From an uncultured Thermoplasmata archaeon (lineage in GTDB: Archaea; Thermoplasmatota; Thermoplasmata; UBA10834): a stretch of 64,000 nt of DNA. The notes under the pieces are model-generated. The model saw only the letters and a program-made list of their open reading frames with translations. It did no database searches and was not told the DNA's origin. Made by a program: the position numbers and the translations under genes. The stretch covers positions 334,402 to 398,401 of the forward strand of contig CAVRDX010000004.1 of NCBI GenBank assembly GCA_963719945.1. The letters run 5' to 3'. Shown piece by piece: positions 62,724 to 64,000 of this stretch (its first letter is position 1; each line of letters opens with the position of its first letter).

Positions 62724-63868
62724 ATGGAAGATATGGCCAACCCGTTCGTCTACGGCTCGAGCGTCACGGGCGATGATTTCGTCGGCAGGGATGAGGAACT
62801 CGCGAACATCGAGCGAGAGCTGAGATCCGGCATCAGTGTCATACTGTACTCGCACAGACGCATGGGCAAAACATCGCTCATGTGCGAGCTAGCGAGAAGG
62901 AAGCCGAAGGGACTCGTGTTCGCTTTCATCGATTTGTATGGCATGACATCGGCCGAGAGACTCCTTGAACAGATCGTCAGCAAATCTGCCATGGCCTGTC
63001 TTGGTGGCGTGGAGAGGTTCGCAATGTCTGCATGGGACCTCCTCAGGAGTACGAGGCTCCGTCTGGCAGTCACGCCTGAGGGGGAGCTGGCAGTCGATTT
63101 CGTGAGGGGCGGTCCCACAGTGGCTGAGACTGCGGACGCCCTCGACATGCCGGAGAGGCTCGCCTCGTCCAAGGGTAAGCGGCTGGTCGTAGTATTCGAC
63201 GAGTTCCAGGAGGTCTCAGCCCTGGGCGGTGTGTCGCTCCTCAAGACCATGAGGTCTCGGTTCCAGCATCACCGGAACGTCTGATGCGCCTTTTCCGGGA
63301 GCAAGGTGCACCTGCTCCGGCAGATCTTCGAGGAGCACGAGGGTGCCTTCTACAAGTCGGGGGTGTCAGTGGACCTGGGACCGATCGGCGTGGAACCCTT
63401 CTCCGAGTTCATAGTGCGCAAGTTCCGACTCGAGGGCGGGAAGATATCTAAGGACCTGGCTCGCGCGCTCGTCCAGAGGACGGGCGGCACCCGTACTACA
63501 CGCAGCAGCTGGCCCACGAGTTGTGGAGCATCTCGAACGCTCCCTCGGGGGAATGTTCAGAACTCGACGAGGCGATGGAACGCGCCATGGAGCACCAGTC
63601 TCTCGCCTATCTCTATGTCTGGGAGTCCATGAAGAGCCCGGTCCAGAAGCGCCTGCTCTTGGCTCTCGCTTCGGAACCGGAACCCACCATGGGTGTGGAC
63701 TTCATTCTGAGGCACGGACTCCTATCCCGCTCCCATGTCCAGCGGGCCGAAGGTCATCTGGTCGAGCGTGGGCTGATCGAGCGCGGGCATGTGGTCGACC
63801 CCATGTTCGCAGCTTGGCTGAGGAGGATGTCCGGTCTTACGATTCCCTCTACGCGCAAGAACGGGTGA
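62724..63868 (+). pseudogene. archaeal AAA ATPase (Arch_ATPase/PF01637-like) with an in-frame TGA and a -1 frame change
   Basis: FVGRDEELANIE, P-loop-like SHRRMGKTSL, and Walker B VVVFDEFQ. Then ..HHRNV-TGA(63282-84)-CAFSGSKVHLLRQIF in the same frame. Then ..QRTGG switches frame at about 63488 to (H)PYYTQQLAHELW. The C-terminal wHTH-like part is in the third ORF. Confidence 0.75.
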
Positions 63869-64000
63869 AGTCGAGAATAGCGACGGGTGCATTTGGTGAT
63901 AGTGAGATGCCAGAGGTCTCGTCCCTCGTGTTCTACTTCATCGAGGCCCTCGCCCGATCATTCCCTCGGAGACACAATGAGCCATAGGTGCGTTCCTCTG

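Noticed and set aside
63282-63284. The in-frame TGA in the ATPase gene as selenocysteine or stop-codon reassignment.
   Set aside because: TGA terminates many well-supported genes in this window (rpoK, the TIM-barrel gene, Trm112 and others). The same gene also has a frameshift, and no hairpin resembling a SECIS element was seen downstream. Pseudogene is the simpler reading.

Overview
Archaeal chromosomal segment. Archaea-only markers are present: RpoK/Rpo6, PurP, Nep1, an RPA plus an RPA-associated OB-fold protein, an archaeosortase-like protein and an AglH-type phosphosugar transferase. A/T-rich TATA-like boxes sit about 25-45 nt upstream of several starts. A Thermoplasmatota/Euryarchaeota-like origin is only an inference. 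I call about 60 protein genes. I saw no rRNA, tRNA, CRISPR array, transposase or integrase.

Layout:
- 0-25.5 kb is mostly housekeeping: rpoK-rps2, Memo, RPA operon, purP-nep1, aminotransferases, serA, Trm112 and three nucleotide-sugar enzymes. It is interrupted by a tandem array of four zinc-ribbon/4-TM membrane paralogs at 3.0-5.2 kb.
- 25.7-40.8 kb is an envelope neighbourhood. It holds an 801-aa surface protein built of seven beta-sandwich repeats, a TusA-DsrE-IscS-like block next to a LarC N-domain-only gene, a four-zinc-ribbon protein, a PKD/TSP3 surface gene, uppP, a subtilase fused to a cupredoxin-like tail, and a co-directional Lrp - DUF835 sensor - Kelch propeller - polyacidic anchor block.
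- 42.5-59.4 kb is a visibly AT-richer glycan-assembly island. It runs from an archaeosortase-like gene to the AglH-like transferase and contains two paralogous polytopic membrane proteins of unassigned family.
- 59.5-64 kb holds an orphan ABC ATPase, a TIM-barrel isomerase, proC and a decayed Arch_ATPase gene.

Cross-cutting observation: at least five genes are interrupted by single-base frame changes or an in-frame stop, and most need one base to be skipped. This may be real decay or indel-type assembly error.

All family assignments come from reading the translations by eye. No searches were run. Starts are often TTG/GTG and uncertain.
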